Notes under the pieces: model-generated | Told to the model about the DNA's origin: nothing | Database searches by the model: none | The model's input: the letters and a program-made list of their open reading frames with translations, nothing else | Translations under genes and position numbers: made by a program | Source of the DNA: Nemertoderma westbladi | Lineage: Eukaryota; Animalia; Xenacoelomorpha | Reading direction: 5' to 3' | Assembly: GCA_032718475.1 (NCBI GenBank) | Contig: JAUCBJ010007984.1 | Location: forward strand, 1-57,973 | Length of the DNA stretch: 57,973 nucleotides | Part shown: in pieces, positions 21,504 to 35,070 of the stretch | Position numbering within the stretch: the stretch's first letter is position 1 | Layout of the letters: each line of letters opens with the position of its first letter

Positions 21504-22957
21504 TTTTAATCCCCGTTTTATAACTTAGTATCCATGTACGCTATCATCAATTAATTAATATTGAGATAACGAACATGTATGTATAGTAAGAAAAAAAAAA
21601 CGAGGATTTCGTGTTTTAAGTTTAAGTTTAATTAGGTGATCTGATATTCCCATTGCACATATTATACAATAAATGATAATTATTTAGGTTATACGTCATA
21701 TAATAATGATACATACTATACGCTAGGTTGTGACAATACAATGAGCAATAGCGAGGCTAGTATAGCTCAATGTATTGTCTGGGAGTGTCGAGCGGGTGGA
21801 GGTAGTATGTCGGGGGTTGTGCAAATGTTACTATACAAGCTAAGCAAGAGACTGTTGGTTGCTAATGGTTGGTAAGGCAAAACTCTTCTACACTTTATGT
21901 TGCTGTTGTTTCACCGTAGTTCCGATGAGCTGTTCCAGGTAGATTAGATTAAACTGGCGGGTCGATATTAGAGAAATTAAAAAAGTACAATAAATTTTCG
22001 ATGTAGGCCTAAAGATTATGAAATGGTCCTCTCACTGACTCCTTATGATAGCGAACACTTACAACTAATAAACAGTTTTCCGTTTTGGGTTAATTTCAGC
22101 TACCAACACTACAATGAATTAAGTGAAATACATCTAATTAGTTGTTACTTATTTAATTATTATAAAGTAATAATTATATAATAATTAGTATTACTTATTA
22201 ATTTATGAGAACCAGAAAAAGTCTGCCGAAGCTCATATTCAATAAATATATTTATAATATATCTATATTATTGTATTTAATATAATCTTTTAAATAACAA
22301 CGGACAAGACAATTAGTGGCTATCTATAGTACAGCAGTGATATTACTGTAGTAGCCTTTATTAAACACATGTTCTCATGAAAAGGTTAAGTTACTTAAAA
22401 GCACTAGCTGGTGCCTAATGGAAGAGAAAGGCAAGCACAGATAAATCAATTGGAGTTATTTGTTTGTAACATGCTCCTGTTGCTATGGTTATTAAAACAC
22501 CACAATCCATCAATGACTAAGTTTCCAATTGAGTCAGACACCTGGGACTACTGATTGAATGTATTGCATTAAACAAATAATGCATATTTAGATTGCCTGT
22601 TGTTCTATCTGCAGTCGGGCCCTTGTGAAGTATACCAGAAATTCTACTGTAATATTTCACTTTTGCAGTTTACCAAAAATGTGAATAATACCAGACTTTC
22701 TCCCGTTATATTTCACTTTGCAGTTACCCCCATGTGAAGAATACCAGATTTTCACTAAAAACCCAGGTTACAGAATGGCTCAATCTAACCAAAACAATAA
22801 ACGAATTAATATCTGTACAGGTTATAAGATATCAATAAACGCTAAAATAGACTTAATACGTAGAAATTAAAAAATACAAATTCTTCCAATCAGTATAAAA
22901 TTCCAATAGAATTTCGACCAAAAAGTGAAAACTTGATATTCTTCACATGATGGGCGT

Positions 22958-23978
22958 GTCGGTTGTCAGCTGTCGGTTGTCAGCTGTCGGTTGTCAGCTG
23001 TCGGTTGTCAGCTGTCGGTTGTCAGCTGTCGGTTGTCAGCTGTCGGTTGTCAGCTGTCGGTTGTCAGCTGTCGGTTGTCAGCTGTCGGTTGTCAGCTGTC
23101 GGTTGTCAGCTGTCGGTTGTCGGCTGTCGGTTGTCAGCTGTCGGTTGTCAGCTGTCGGTTGTCAGCTGTCGGTTGTCAGCTGTCGGTTGTCAGCTGTCGG
23201 TTGTCAGCTGTCGCTTGTCAGCTGTCGGTTGTCAGCTGTCGGTTGTCAGCTGTCGGTTGTCAGCTGTCGGTTGTCAGCTGTCGGTTGTCAGCTGTCGGTT
23301 GTCAGCTGTCGGTTGTCAGCTGTCGGTTGTCAGCTGTCGGTTGTCGGCTGTCGGTTGTCAGTTGTCGGTTGTCAGCTGTCGGTTGTCAGCTGTCGGTTGT
23401 CAGCTGTCGGTTGTCAGCTGTCGGTTGTCAGCTGTCGGTTGTCAGCTGTCGGTTGTCAGCTGTCGGTTGTCAGCTGTCGGTTGTCGGCTGTCGGTTGTCA
23501 GTTGTCAGCTGTCGGTTGTCAGCTGTCGGTTGTCAGCTGTCGGTTGTCAGCTGTCGGTTGTCAGCTATCGGTTGTCAGCTGTCGGTTGTCAGCTGTCGGT
23601 TGTCAGCTGTCGGTTGTCAGCTGTCGGTTGTCAGCTGTCGGTTGTCAGCTGTCGGTTGTCAGCTGTCGGTTGTCAGCTGTCGGTTGTCAGCTGTCGGTTG
23701 TCAGCTGTCGGTTGTCAGCTGTCGGTTGTCAGCTGTCGGTTGTCGGCTGTCGGTTGTCAGCTGTCGGTTGTCAGCTGTCGGTTGTCAGTTGTCGGTTGTC
23801 AGCTGTCGGTTGTCAGCTGTCGGTTGTCAGCTGTCGGTTGTCAGTTGTCGGTTGTCAGCTGTCGGTTGTCAGCTGTCGGTTGTCAGCTGTCGGTTGTCAG
23901 TTGTCGGTTGTCAGCTGTCGGTTGTCAGCTGTCGGTTGTCAGCTGTCGGTTGTCAGCTGTCGGTTGTCAGCTGTCGGT
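22958..23978 (+). repeat. Homogeneous 14-bp satellite (GTCGGTTGTCAGCT)n, about 73 units
   Basis: Directly visible; few point variants and one 7-bp phase slip near 23500. Confidence 0.98.
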
Positions 23979-24034
23979 CGCCTGCCATCTTATCTCGGAT
24001 CTCGGATTTCCTGCAGATATCCATGGATTCCTAT

Positions 24035-26915
24035 TAGAGTTTCTGAGAATATTAAAATATTCGAATGATTTTTTTAAAGCATTCTAATATTCGAGCACTT
24101 TTATAAACAACTAAACAACTAGTTTTCACCGATGGATTAAATAATTATTGTCTGATTTTTCGATCTCCATCAATGTCCATTATTTTTTTAATTTCTACTT
24201 TGAATATAAAAGTATAATACAACTTGTCGATAATATCATTAATATAATGCAGACAAAAAGAGTGATACTAAATGTGGCAGTACATGGAAAAAAGTGACGT
24301 ATTCAGCGTTTTGTGAAAGGTAGAAAACATATTTAGATCAGCAATGTAACTATATTCGACTGTCTCTTTGTCCGTCTTTCGTACTTTAGGTTGTAGAATA
24401 TAACAAAGGCACACTAATTTGCTAAAGGTTTCACAAGATTCACTAGTTTTCCAGGTCAGTTTTCATGCTTATGCTTGACATAATATAGTCTGTCTGTCAG
24501 TCTATTTATCTGTCTGTCAATCTGTTGTTTGTCAAAATATAAGAAGACCCTCTGCTTGGCCAGTATTTTAGCTACGGTGTATTTCTGGTCTGTTATTTTA
24601 TTTTTGATGTTTGGCTGAATCTAGTCTGCCTGTTGTTTACTTTTGACAGACAGAGAGTCAGGCAGACAGACAGACTGATAGAAACACTACTAGATTCCAC
24701 CAAACACTAAAACTGACATGAGAAATGAAAACACCGAATAGGAAAACACCAAGATCTGAAATATTAGCTCTGTGGTGTGTTTCATTATTGTGAGGTTACG
24801 TCATTAACAAACATTATTTAAGACAGTATTGAGATGGAAGGTTCAAACTACGATATTTAGTCCGACACGATATCGTGTAGTTTTTGCTATTTTCCGAAGG
24901 CAAATACATATCTAGAGTTTATACTAAATATACCATTAGAAAGCCCAAATAATTTACTACAAAATGAGATGTAATCCAAAAAAATTGATGTTTGTGTCAT
25001 GTGTCCATTCTTACCTGGCAAACTGTGAATGAGGTATCTGGTCGGAAAAGTTGTGCAAAGGGGCGCCTCAAAGCCAATAGTCCCGAAGAACGTGTGGGGA
25101 AGTGGAAAAATCACTTCAGCAACTTGCTTGGGCAGCCACCAAACATCGAGGTCAGCCCTACAAGGAAAATATATGACAAGACACTACCTATAGAAACAGG
25201 GGACTTCACACCTGCCGAACTCCAAAGAAGCATTAAAAGCATGTCCAATAATAAAGCGAGTGGATTAGATGAAATCCCAGCGGAGGTATGGAAAACAGGA
25301 GTGCTAAACAGACTATTATTGAATGTTTGCAACCGGATGTTAAAAGGGGAAAAGCCTCCACCAATTTGGACTAAAGGTCAACTAAAGCCTCTCCCCAAGA
25401 AAGGAGACCTCGGTATACCAACAAACTATCGTGGGATCTGTCTGCTTGTGGTAGCTGCCAAAATATACAATAAAATGATTCTATATAGGATTAGGCCTCA
25501 CATAGAGAAACTACTGCGTAAGAGCCAAAACGGATTTCGACCAAGTAGATCAACAATAGCTCAGATACTTGCACTACGGAGACTGAGTCAACTATTAAGT
25601 CAAAGAGTCTCACCGCAGTCATGACTTTTGTGGACTTTAAGAAGGCATTCGACTCCATCCATAGAGGTAAAATGCTTGAAATCCTAAGAGCTTATGGAAT
25701 ACCAGAGGTAATCGTTGCTGGCATTGGATTGTTATATTGTGACACAGAAGCACAGGTACTCTCAACAGATGGTGAAACTGAGTTTTTCTCAATCCTGGCT
25801 GGCGTACTGCAAGGTGACACATTAGCACCATTACTATTTGTAATTGTACTGGATTACGCAATGAGGACGGCCACAAAGGGTGAAGATCTGGGATTCACAC
25901 ATCAAGAACGCAGAAGTAGTAGATATCCGTCAACTACAGTCACAGACACCGACTTCGCGGATGACATCGCCCTGCTCTCTAATACGCTAGCAGATGCACA
26001 GCTTCTACTAAATAAAGTGGAGAGGGCTGGTAAGGAGGTTGGATTGCATATAAATGCTTCCAAGACCGAATTCATGACCTTTAATGTTGATGGAAACTTG
26101 ACAACCATTGATAATAATCAACTAAGGAAGGTTGACGACTTCCAGTACTTAGGATCATGGATAGAGAGTAGCAAAAAGGACATAGAATTTAGGAAAGCAA
26201 AGGCTTGGGTAGCTCTATCAAAAATGGATACCATCTGGAAATCAGATCTCTCCAGGCACCTGAAGACTGAGTTCTTTCGAGCCACAGTGGAAAGTGTATT
26301 TTTATACGGGGGTGAGACCTGGACACAGACTAAATCACTTGAACAACGAATTGATGGTTGCTACACAAGACTACTAAGGGCAGCCCTAAACATCAGCTGG
26401 AGACAACACATGACAAACGCTGAGCTTTATGGTACAATACCACCTGTATCAACCACCCTCCGTGAACGCAGATTAAGATTCAGTGGGCACTGCTGGCGAA
26501 GTAAAGACGAGGTCATACCAGATCTACTTCTCTGGCAACCAACTCATGGAAAGCGTAGTGGTGGACGACCGGCCATAACATATATAGATCAACTTGAAAT
26601 ATATACTGAACTTGGGAGAAACGAAATTGCGACAACTATGGAGAATCGGGAAGCCTGGAAGGATCTCATTCCCACTGTCCGAGTTCGCTCGACTTAGTAG
26701 TAGTAGTGGTAGTAGTCAATTCTGTAACCGCCACAAATGCAGTTGAAAAAATCACTAAAATGACAAATAGATAATTAACTTGTGAGATTTACTTAATAAG
26801 TTAGCTTATACTTTTATTGTTCTTGTATAATATTGTAATAGTAATTATAATTTTAATACACTTAAAAGTATCAACGAATATTCGAATAGTAAAATAGCCA
26901 TTCTCAGAAACTCTA
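24035..26915. mobile_element. hAT-like non-autonomous element interrupted by an RTE LINE
   Basis: TIR TAGAGTTTCTGAGAAT (24035) / ATTCTCAGAAACTCTA (ends 26915); 8-bp flanks ATTCCTAT and ATTCTTAC (6/8 match); subterminal TATTCGAAT motifs. Confidence 0.7.
25013..26716 (+). mobile_element. RTE-clade LINE family 1, 5'-truncated; reverse transcriptase broken by a frameshift near 25590-25620
   Basis: KGDLGIPTNYRGICLL, QNGFRPSRST, FVDFKKAFDSI, GVLQGDTLAPLLF, DFADDI, FQYLGS, RERRLRFSGHCWR; the stop codon runs into a (TAG)n tail. Confidence 0.95.
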
Positions 26916-28520
26916 ATTCTTACGACGTAGTCCAAACTAACAATTTTTCTATAACTGTAAAAAGTTTATATTAAGTTGAGAAAATATTATAAATTATTGT
27001 ACATAATAAAGTGTTTCATGGTGACCTGGATTCAGCCTTCCCGATATTCGGAATATTTCCTAATGTTTTGGAAATATTTTTCGGAGAAATTATGTGGGGT
27101 CATTTATTTTTCTTTGGGGACCTATCTTTTTTTTTTCACGTGGCCCCATTTTTTTCAGTGGGGGTCCCGCAGACACCAACACCGGAGCTGATTACAGGTA
27201 CATAATTTGGTCATATTTGTGGAGGGGTATAAAACAAGTCGCGGTAAAAAGTTACATCGCTTGAGGCCAGCCTGGAAGCACAATCGCAACTGGAGATTCT
27301 GCTACCTTCAACTGACTCGAGATAGGCCTGCTGTATCTGTATCACTTCCCAGAAATCAGTTTATCCTTCCTTATCTTATAACTTACCCCACAACTGAAAT
27401 ATTCTTGTTTCGCCATAGTATAAAGGACGCCTTACATACTATTATGGAAATGGTCGATGTGCAACACATGACAAACGCCGAGCTTTATGGTACAATACCA
27501 CCTGTATCAACCACCCCCCGTGAACGCAGATTAAGATTCAGTGGGCACTACTGCTGGCGAAGTAAAGACGAGGTCATACCAGATCTACTTCTCTGGCAAC
27601 CAACTCATGGAAAGCGTAGTCGTGGACGACCGGCCATAACATATATAGATCAACTTGAAAGGGATACTGAACTTGGGAGAAACGAAATTGCAACAACTAT
27701 GGAGAATCGGGAAGCCTGGAAGGATCTCATTTCCACTGTCCTAGTTCGCTCGACTTAGTAGTAGTAGTAGTAGTCTATACTGTAACCGCCACAAATACAG
27801 TTGAAAAAAAATCACTAAAATGACAAATAGATAATTAACTTGTGAGATTTACTTAATTAAGTAGCTTATACTTTTATTGTTCTTGTATAATATTGTAATA
27901 GTAATTATAATTTTAATACACTTAAAAGTATCAACGAATATTCGAATAGTAAAATAGCCATTCTCAGAAACTCTAATTCTTAAGACGCAGTCCAAACTAA
28001 CAATTTTTCTATAACTGTAAAAAGTTTATATTAAGTTGAGAAAATAATATAAATTATTGTACATAATAAAGTGTTTCATGGTGACCTGGATTCAGCCTTC
28101 CCGATATTCGGAATATTTCCTAAAGTTTTGGAAATATATTTCGGAGAAAATATGTGGGGTCATTTATTTTTCTTTGGGGACCTATCTTTTTTTTTTCACG
28201 TGACCCCATTTTTTTCAGTGGGGTCCCGCAGACACCAACACCTGAGCGGATTACAGGTACATAATTTGCTCATATTTGTGGAGGGGTATAGAACAAGTTG
28301 CGGGAAAAAAGTTACATCGCTTGAGGCCAGCCTGGAAGCACAATCGCAACTGGAGATTCTGCTACCTTCAACTAACTCGAGATAGGCCTGCTGTATCTGT
28401 ATCACTTCCCAGAAATCAGTTTATCCTTCCTTATCTTATAACTTACCCCACAACTGAAATATTCTTGTTTCGCCATAGTATAAAGGACGCCTTACATACT
28501 ATTATGGAAATGGTCGATGT
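26404..28520 (+). repeat. ~1057-bp tandem duplication of the LINE 3' end, hAT right TIR and flank
   Basis: 26404-27460 repeated at 27462-28520 (CAACACATGACAAACGC...ATGGTCGATGT) with scattered substitutions. Confidence 0.95.
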
Positions 28521-31321
28521 TTTGTGAAAAATTGCAAGCCGGAGGCGATATAATCTTAGTATTTTTATCTGCAGCTAAATTTTACTCAGATGTTTCTGAT
28601 ATGTTTCTATCAGATATTCTAAGATTTTGGTTTTAGTATTCTCCTCAGTAATTTAGGATTATTTCTCCTCACAAAGTTACCGAAGCAAGGTCATTTAAAT
28701 TCTATGCATGACCTGACAACCCCCCTGCAGAATGGAGTGCACCAAAATAATTGATGCTGAAACTCTTCAAAACAGGCAGGCTACTCACCTTGATAAGGTT
28801 GATTGTTTGCAAAGCAGTTCTGTTAAAACAGTTGCTTCGTATGAAGTAAGCCAACCAGCACAAAAATCAAATAAAAGCACTGATACTTACTTAGTTGTAA
28901 GGCAGTGCCTACCAGTACCACGATAATTTGTTCTCCGTCCCGTTCCACAAGTATCATAATTCCATTGGAGATTTGATGATGCAGTGATGCATTGAGGCGG
29001 GCAAATATGTTAATGATATTTGAACCAATGTTTTACCCGCTTGCTTAAACACCAATCATACAGTTCAGTTTGTAGTTATATGAATTATGTGATGAAATTA
29101 TATTTCGTTTGTGCTTGAGTGGCCAATATCCATTAGTCACAGAGCTGTATTTCAAAGTTGTAAACAGAGAGCAAAGTTGTGGGCGAATTTTCTCTGAATC
29201 AAATGTGGCGGGGCATATAGGAAGGCAAAATGAAATTTTATGGCTTTCAGCAATTTTCGTGCACCATATTGGGTGCCAAAAAGTGTAATTTCTCAGATCT
29301 AGATAACCCTAAAAGATGTTCCATTCGAATCAGCGTCCCCAAAAACTCCAATCTACTTATAAATTTTGACGATCTACTGCTTTTGAAAAATGAAATTTTA
29401 TATGGCATTGAATAGTGATCGAATATCGTATCTGCAAAAAATGTCGTTTTTTTGTTTGACACCATGAAAACTGATATTTCACAGAAACCGCACCTGTTTA
29501 TTTCAAATTTAAGTCACTTTTAAAAAATCGAAATACATTACAAAACTATACCATCTGTAAGAGCGAAAAATTCTCTATCAAATAGGGCAATAAACTCAAT
29601 TTCGATTTTTTTACGAATAACGCCTATCTATATGCACCGCCACAAATAACCACAAACACAAAATGTAAAATGATGTTGTGGTTTGCCTGGCCTGTCATGT
29701 TTATGTTGAAAAGACGCATATGTTCTACTCCACATTGTCAAAGATCCCTTCATGTTTGGCATACATATAACATCGTGCTTTATAGGGTTCATGCTCTTAC
29801 TGTAGGGAAACAATGATGATATTCACAATGTGAGGTTTTACCAACTCATCCAGCCTGCTCATCATTTAAAGTATTGCCTATCAGTAAGTAATTATTATTT
29901 AACATGCAAACGTTCCCCAATTAAATTAAAACAATTAGATATATAATAAATACAAGCAAGAGTCTTTTTAATTTTGTTCTGTAGTCCACGTGTATTTGTC
30001 GAGGCCTCGAGAGTTCTCAAATCCAATTACCGAGAAGGCAGGGCATCAGCGGATTTTCGGGACAGAGGACACCGCGTTTCGTCGGTTCAGACATCGAGGC
30101 GCGTCGTCCCGCATTTACGCACTCTCCATTCGTGTTGCAAATTACCGACCTATGTTTGTGGAGCATTCGCACGTTGTAGTGACGATCGGGCATTAGGCAT
30201 GGTCCATCCGCGTTCGGCGAACATATCTATAAATATATGCACCTGCTATCAGATCTAATATCAATGGAATTATCAGTGTCGGTCAACAATTATGGGATTC
30301 GCGGCCAAGGAGAATACGAGAGCAATTGGAGTGTGTATTCCAAAGTGAGGGACCTGGGTGGGTGTCCTGTCCGCCCACTTGAAAGATAAAACTGACAGCT
30401 TTATGTATCTGCAAATAAACTATGGAAGGACTCCGCCTATTAATCTATCTGTATCTCCCGCGGTCAAGAAAAATTACAATTGTATAATTTAATGCAATAT
30501 ACTACGAAACATGCATAGTGTTTATTGCTCAATGTTGTGTGTAATCTTACCATTTCACGTGCCATATCGGCACTCGGGGCGGCCACAAAACACGGTTTTT
30601 TGTTGTCCTCAAAGCATAGTAAGCGTTCATCGTCACCTAAAATATATAAATGCTTACAATCACTGTAACATTGCGTCCATTAATTGATATTCCGATATTG
30701 TTTCCGACAACGCCCAGAGCTAAGATCGATTAGAAAACAGTGTATTATGGATTATGAAAATATTCAATCCGGTAACATGCATTACTTACAACTTCTAAGT
30801 GGGATGCCTGCTAGTTCTACTGCACAGAATACAAACTGAGTTGAGCACATTATTTAATTATTTTGTATACAGCTACATTTCTGTTACTGTTCAACGGAAG
30901 TAGTTCGTGTTTATGTCTAATTTGGGTTATAGAAGCTCAACAAGATCGCTTACCTTGTTCAAAACTAGCAGAATCATCATCATAACCTTCAATGTCGCCA
31001 TTCTCCTAAAATTAAAACGGTTAATATTTAAAAATTATAACATTTCTTTCCGTCATAAGTTTTAACAACATCAAGTTATTATATTCTCTCTCATCTTCTC
31101 ATATTCGGACAATTTAACTACAGGAAAATCAATACGATCGAAGGAAAATATGTCCATTATATATCCAGTCCAGATTGGCCACACCCAGCCTAATTGTAGT
31201 ATTCGCAAATTAACAAGGAAACATAATAATGGTGGCCATTTGAACAAAAAGGAAGATAAAAAATTTCAGATAAACAATTAATAATAATACAGTAGGCCTT
31301 CCGCCCACAGGTAATTTATCA

Positions 31322-33459
31322 CAGCTGAGCATGAGCAACAGGTATGAGGTTCTTGCCTCTGAGGCGGCAGATTACTGTGAGGGCTATACTGCCTTCACAG
31401 AAGCAGTTAAGTTAGCAGCTGCAGAAACAATTCCTGTATACCCTCGAAACAGGAAAAGGGCCCCCTGGACTGACAACAAAATCCAGAAGTGCCAAATGAC
31501 CTATATAAGGCTCAGAAAGAGTCCCGACTCAAACAGACTACAGCGGCCAAGAATGCAGTTAAGGCTGCATCTACACCCTGAACAGGCAGTACTCTGTTAA
31601 TCTACAGGAGCTAATAAACCAACAGGTTGATGCCATCAATGATGCTGACGACAACAGGCAATCATCCCAGGCATGGAAATCGATCAAATTGCTTACTGGG
31701 CGGAAAAGCCAACCAACCACCAAGGTTAAGGCTGAATCACCAGCCGATCGCCTCAATGGTTGGAAAGCCCACTTTGAAAAGCTCCTCAATAATGACAGGG
31801 TATTGCCTGATAACTTTATAGAAGTAAAAGTGTCTGAGTCTGTACTCCCAGATATTCCCATTGGCGATATCTCCTTTGCAGAAGTGAAGGCTGCTGCAAA
31901 GAGCATTAAGACCAATCGTGCCAGTGGAGTAGATGGCGTTCCCCCAGAGGTCTTTAAAATACCTGAGTGTTTAAAGCTCATCTATCCCATCATAGTAGAC
32001 ATGTACCGAACAACAAGAGTCCCACAGGAAATGAAAACGAATAAGTTGGTGCCAGTTCCCAAGAAGGGTAACCTAACACTCTATGGTTCTTTTCGGGGAA
32101 TCTCATTAATCTCGATTGCTGCAAAGCTATACAATAGAATTCTATTAAATCGCATCAGGGATCCCATTGAGAGACTGCTTCGTGGAAATCAGAATGCGTT
32201 CCGTAAAGGTCGTGGGACCATGGAGCCTATTTTGGCACTTAGAAGGATAATTGAAGAGTTATCAAAAAAGAAAGACAGGCATCTGGCTGTTATCTTTGTT
32301 GACTTCTTCAAGGCCTTTGATTCAGTCTCCCGCTCACGTATGTTCAGCATAATTTCATTATATGGGAATCCTGATGAAATTATTGCAGCAATCAGATCAG
32401 TATACGATGGTTCGACAACATTTGTGTCTACTGTTGATGGTGACACAGAACCATTTGAAGTGTTATGGGGCGTCCTCCAGGGAGACACACTTGCACCATT
32501 CTTGTTCATAATTGTGGTTGACTATGTTCTACGCATGTCCTTAGATCATCATAATGATGATGGCGTGATGATAACTCCACCTACTGGCTCCAGAAGTCGA
32601 GGAAATCCTGCCAAGTACCTAACTGATCTAGACTTTGCTGATGACTTAGGAGTACTCTCAAAATCACTAGAGGGAGCCCAACGGCTCCTCAGCTCATTAG
32701 AACATGCTGCTTCTAGTGTTGGTCTTTTTATTAACTCCAGAAAGACCAAAATTTTGACAGTTAACTTTGAAAGTTCTCAGCAAGTCTCTGATCGGATGAG
32801 CATAAGCTCAAAGGATGGTATGCTTGAGCATGTGGACGACTTCTGTTACCTGGGATCATGGATCCGGAAGTCAGGTGAGGACCTTCGAATACGTAAGGGA
32901 AAGGCATGGGCAGCCTTGAATAGGCTTTCCAGGATTTGGAAGTCACCGAGAATTAATCGGAAACTTAAGGTCCGATTATTTAGAGCAGCAGTAGTTCCAG
33001 TACTCCTCTATGGGAGTCCATGCTGGGCTCTAACTGCTGAGGACACCAAATCTCTGGATGGCACATTCACAAGAATGCTACGCCGGGTTCATTGTGTCAA
33101 GTACAATGCACACATCTCCAACCAGACACTAAATAACATTGGAGGTGTCTCATTGGTTCCCCCAAGCTAGACACTAGAACAAAATCGCGTCCGCTTTGCA
33201 GGACATTGCTTTCGCCGTGACGACCAGCCTGTGCATAATCTTGTACTTTGGCAGACTCATGGAGTGAATAAGCATGGTGGACAGCCCATGACGTTCTTGA
33301 GACGCATCTTAAAGGACACTGGCCTTGAAGATGCGGATGATCTAGCAAATGTCATGGGTGATAGGGAGTTGTGGCGGCGCAATTTTGTCGACAAGCCGGC
33401 ACAGCATTCTTAAAAATGCAGCTGCAATGCAGCATGCCGATACTAGTAGTAGTAGTAGT
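31322..33459 (+). mobile_element. RTE-clade LINE family 2, 5'-truncated, disabled RT ORF, (TAG)n tail, 31-bp TSD
   Basis: FRGISLISIAAKLYNRILLNRI, FVDFFKAFDSV, GVLQGDTLAPFLF, LDFADDL, FCYLGS; premature TAG at 33168-33170 (CTG in the 38080 copy); AGTAGGCCTTCCGCCCACAGGTAATTTATCA at 31291-31321 and 33460-33490. Confidence 0.95.
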
Positions 33460-33895
33460 AGTAGGCCTTCCGCCCACAGGTAATTTATCATCGTTTTATC
33501 ATTGTTGGTATATAAATATAAAAAATATACATGTAAAGGCGTTCTTTGTGTGCCAATTTTCTGTATAATATGTAAATGAATTCGTGGTAACATGTTCTCT
33601 GAATGAAGTATTATGAAGCAACTGGATATAGGCGTACGTATTCCTATACACTATAATCAATATTGTAAATTTAATTAATATGCCTGCTAAGTTGTTCTAA
33701 TATACGCACTACCTGTTTAAAAAAAAAAAAAAGTATTATGAAGGAATTGTAGAAAAGTCGGCTTAATAACCGCTGGTAGCAATTTTGAAACCTGTTTTAA
33801 TTTTTTTTAAATATAGATTTCAACGTGAACTTATATTTATTTTTTCACTTATATTTATTTTATTTGATATATTCAGTAATATGCCATGTAGTCAA

Positions 33896-33965
33896 TATAC
33901 CGTGATACCGTAATATATACCATACCGTAATACCATACCGTAATACCATACCGTAATACCGTAAT
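33896..33965. repeat. Short tandem repeat (TACCATACCGTAA)n
   Basis: Directly visible. Confidence 0.8.
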
Positions 33966-34430
33966 ATGCCGTGTAGCCAATGATAGTCTCACAATATTTT
34001 CATATTTGTTATATTTATTTCCTTTCGTACACAACATGTGACTGCTGGCACAGCGACAAGTCTACAATGTTTCATAACGCCTTCGAGAGAGATTGTTTGT
34101 TAGAAGACCGTTAGGACTTCTTATTAGCCTACTGTAAAAGTATTCTCTATCTATATTTATATATTATATGTATATCGGGTTAACTCCTCCGAAACTATAC
34201 GTCGTCAGTCAATGAAAGTTATATCAATCGACGCTGCTCAACCCCAGGATGTGGAAAAAAGGTTTCTAAAAAAACTATGAAAGTGTCTTTTGTTATTCCG
34301 TAAAATAGCCCCATAACACGAAAATTTCCATAGACTCAATGATAGAAACACCAGCTAGTGCTCATGGGGGCCTAGTAAACTACTACTGCTGTATTGAATG
34401 GATAGGCCCAAACTGCAGAGAAGTAGGCCT

Positions 34431-35070
34431 ATAATAACTATTTACATACTTGTGTGTGAAGTAACAATTTACTGTGTGATGATCCGAGTGGCTTTGTTAC
34501 ACGAACGAACGTTAGTGAGTGAGTGAAAATAAAGCCACGAGGATCAGAACACTGTAAAGTACTTTGGAACAAGTATGTATGTAGTTTTATTTCAAAATTT
34601 TAACATTACGGATTTATTGCACATATACATTATAAGTGATAGAAACTGCACAAATTAAATTAGTTGCTGTATAAATAAATGTAAAAATGACATAAATTAT
34701 GTTATAAATAAGTTAGCTTATATTTATGGTGGCGTTTGGAGACTTGTTATAATAATATAGCTAGGCCCTAATGGTTATTAATAGCTATACCCCGCCTACC
34801 GGTATGTAATGCAGTAGGCCTATCTGGCTGTCAGGCAAATTTCCACCTATTGTTTACGTGCGGTATCCAATGACGGCGTTAAGTAATGTCCCCGTAGTGG
34901 ACATTACTTCACACCGTCATGGGTTTCCACGTAAACAATAACACCAAATACAATATTAAATGTACAGGCCAATACAATGCTATAATGTCCTCTAAAGTTG
35001 TAAAGTGCTAAATAACAACTCGCTCTTATACTAACGGCGTTGAGTAATGTTACAATTTTGGAATAAATAA
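34431..35070. mobile_element. Palindrome-rich non-autonomous repeat (Crypton-like architecture)
   Basis: ~160-bp imperfect hairpin at 34431-34590 and a second at 34848-34940. Superfamily assignment rests on architecture only. Confidence 0.45.

Noticed and set aside
22947-24087. Three 350-370-aa ORFs (SCRLSAVGCQLSVV repeats)
   Set aside because: Artefact of a stop-free 14-bp satellite; the same peptide appears in all three frames.
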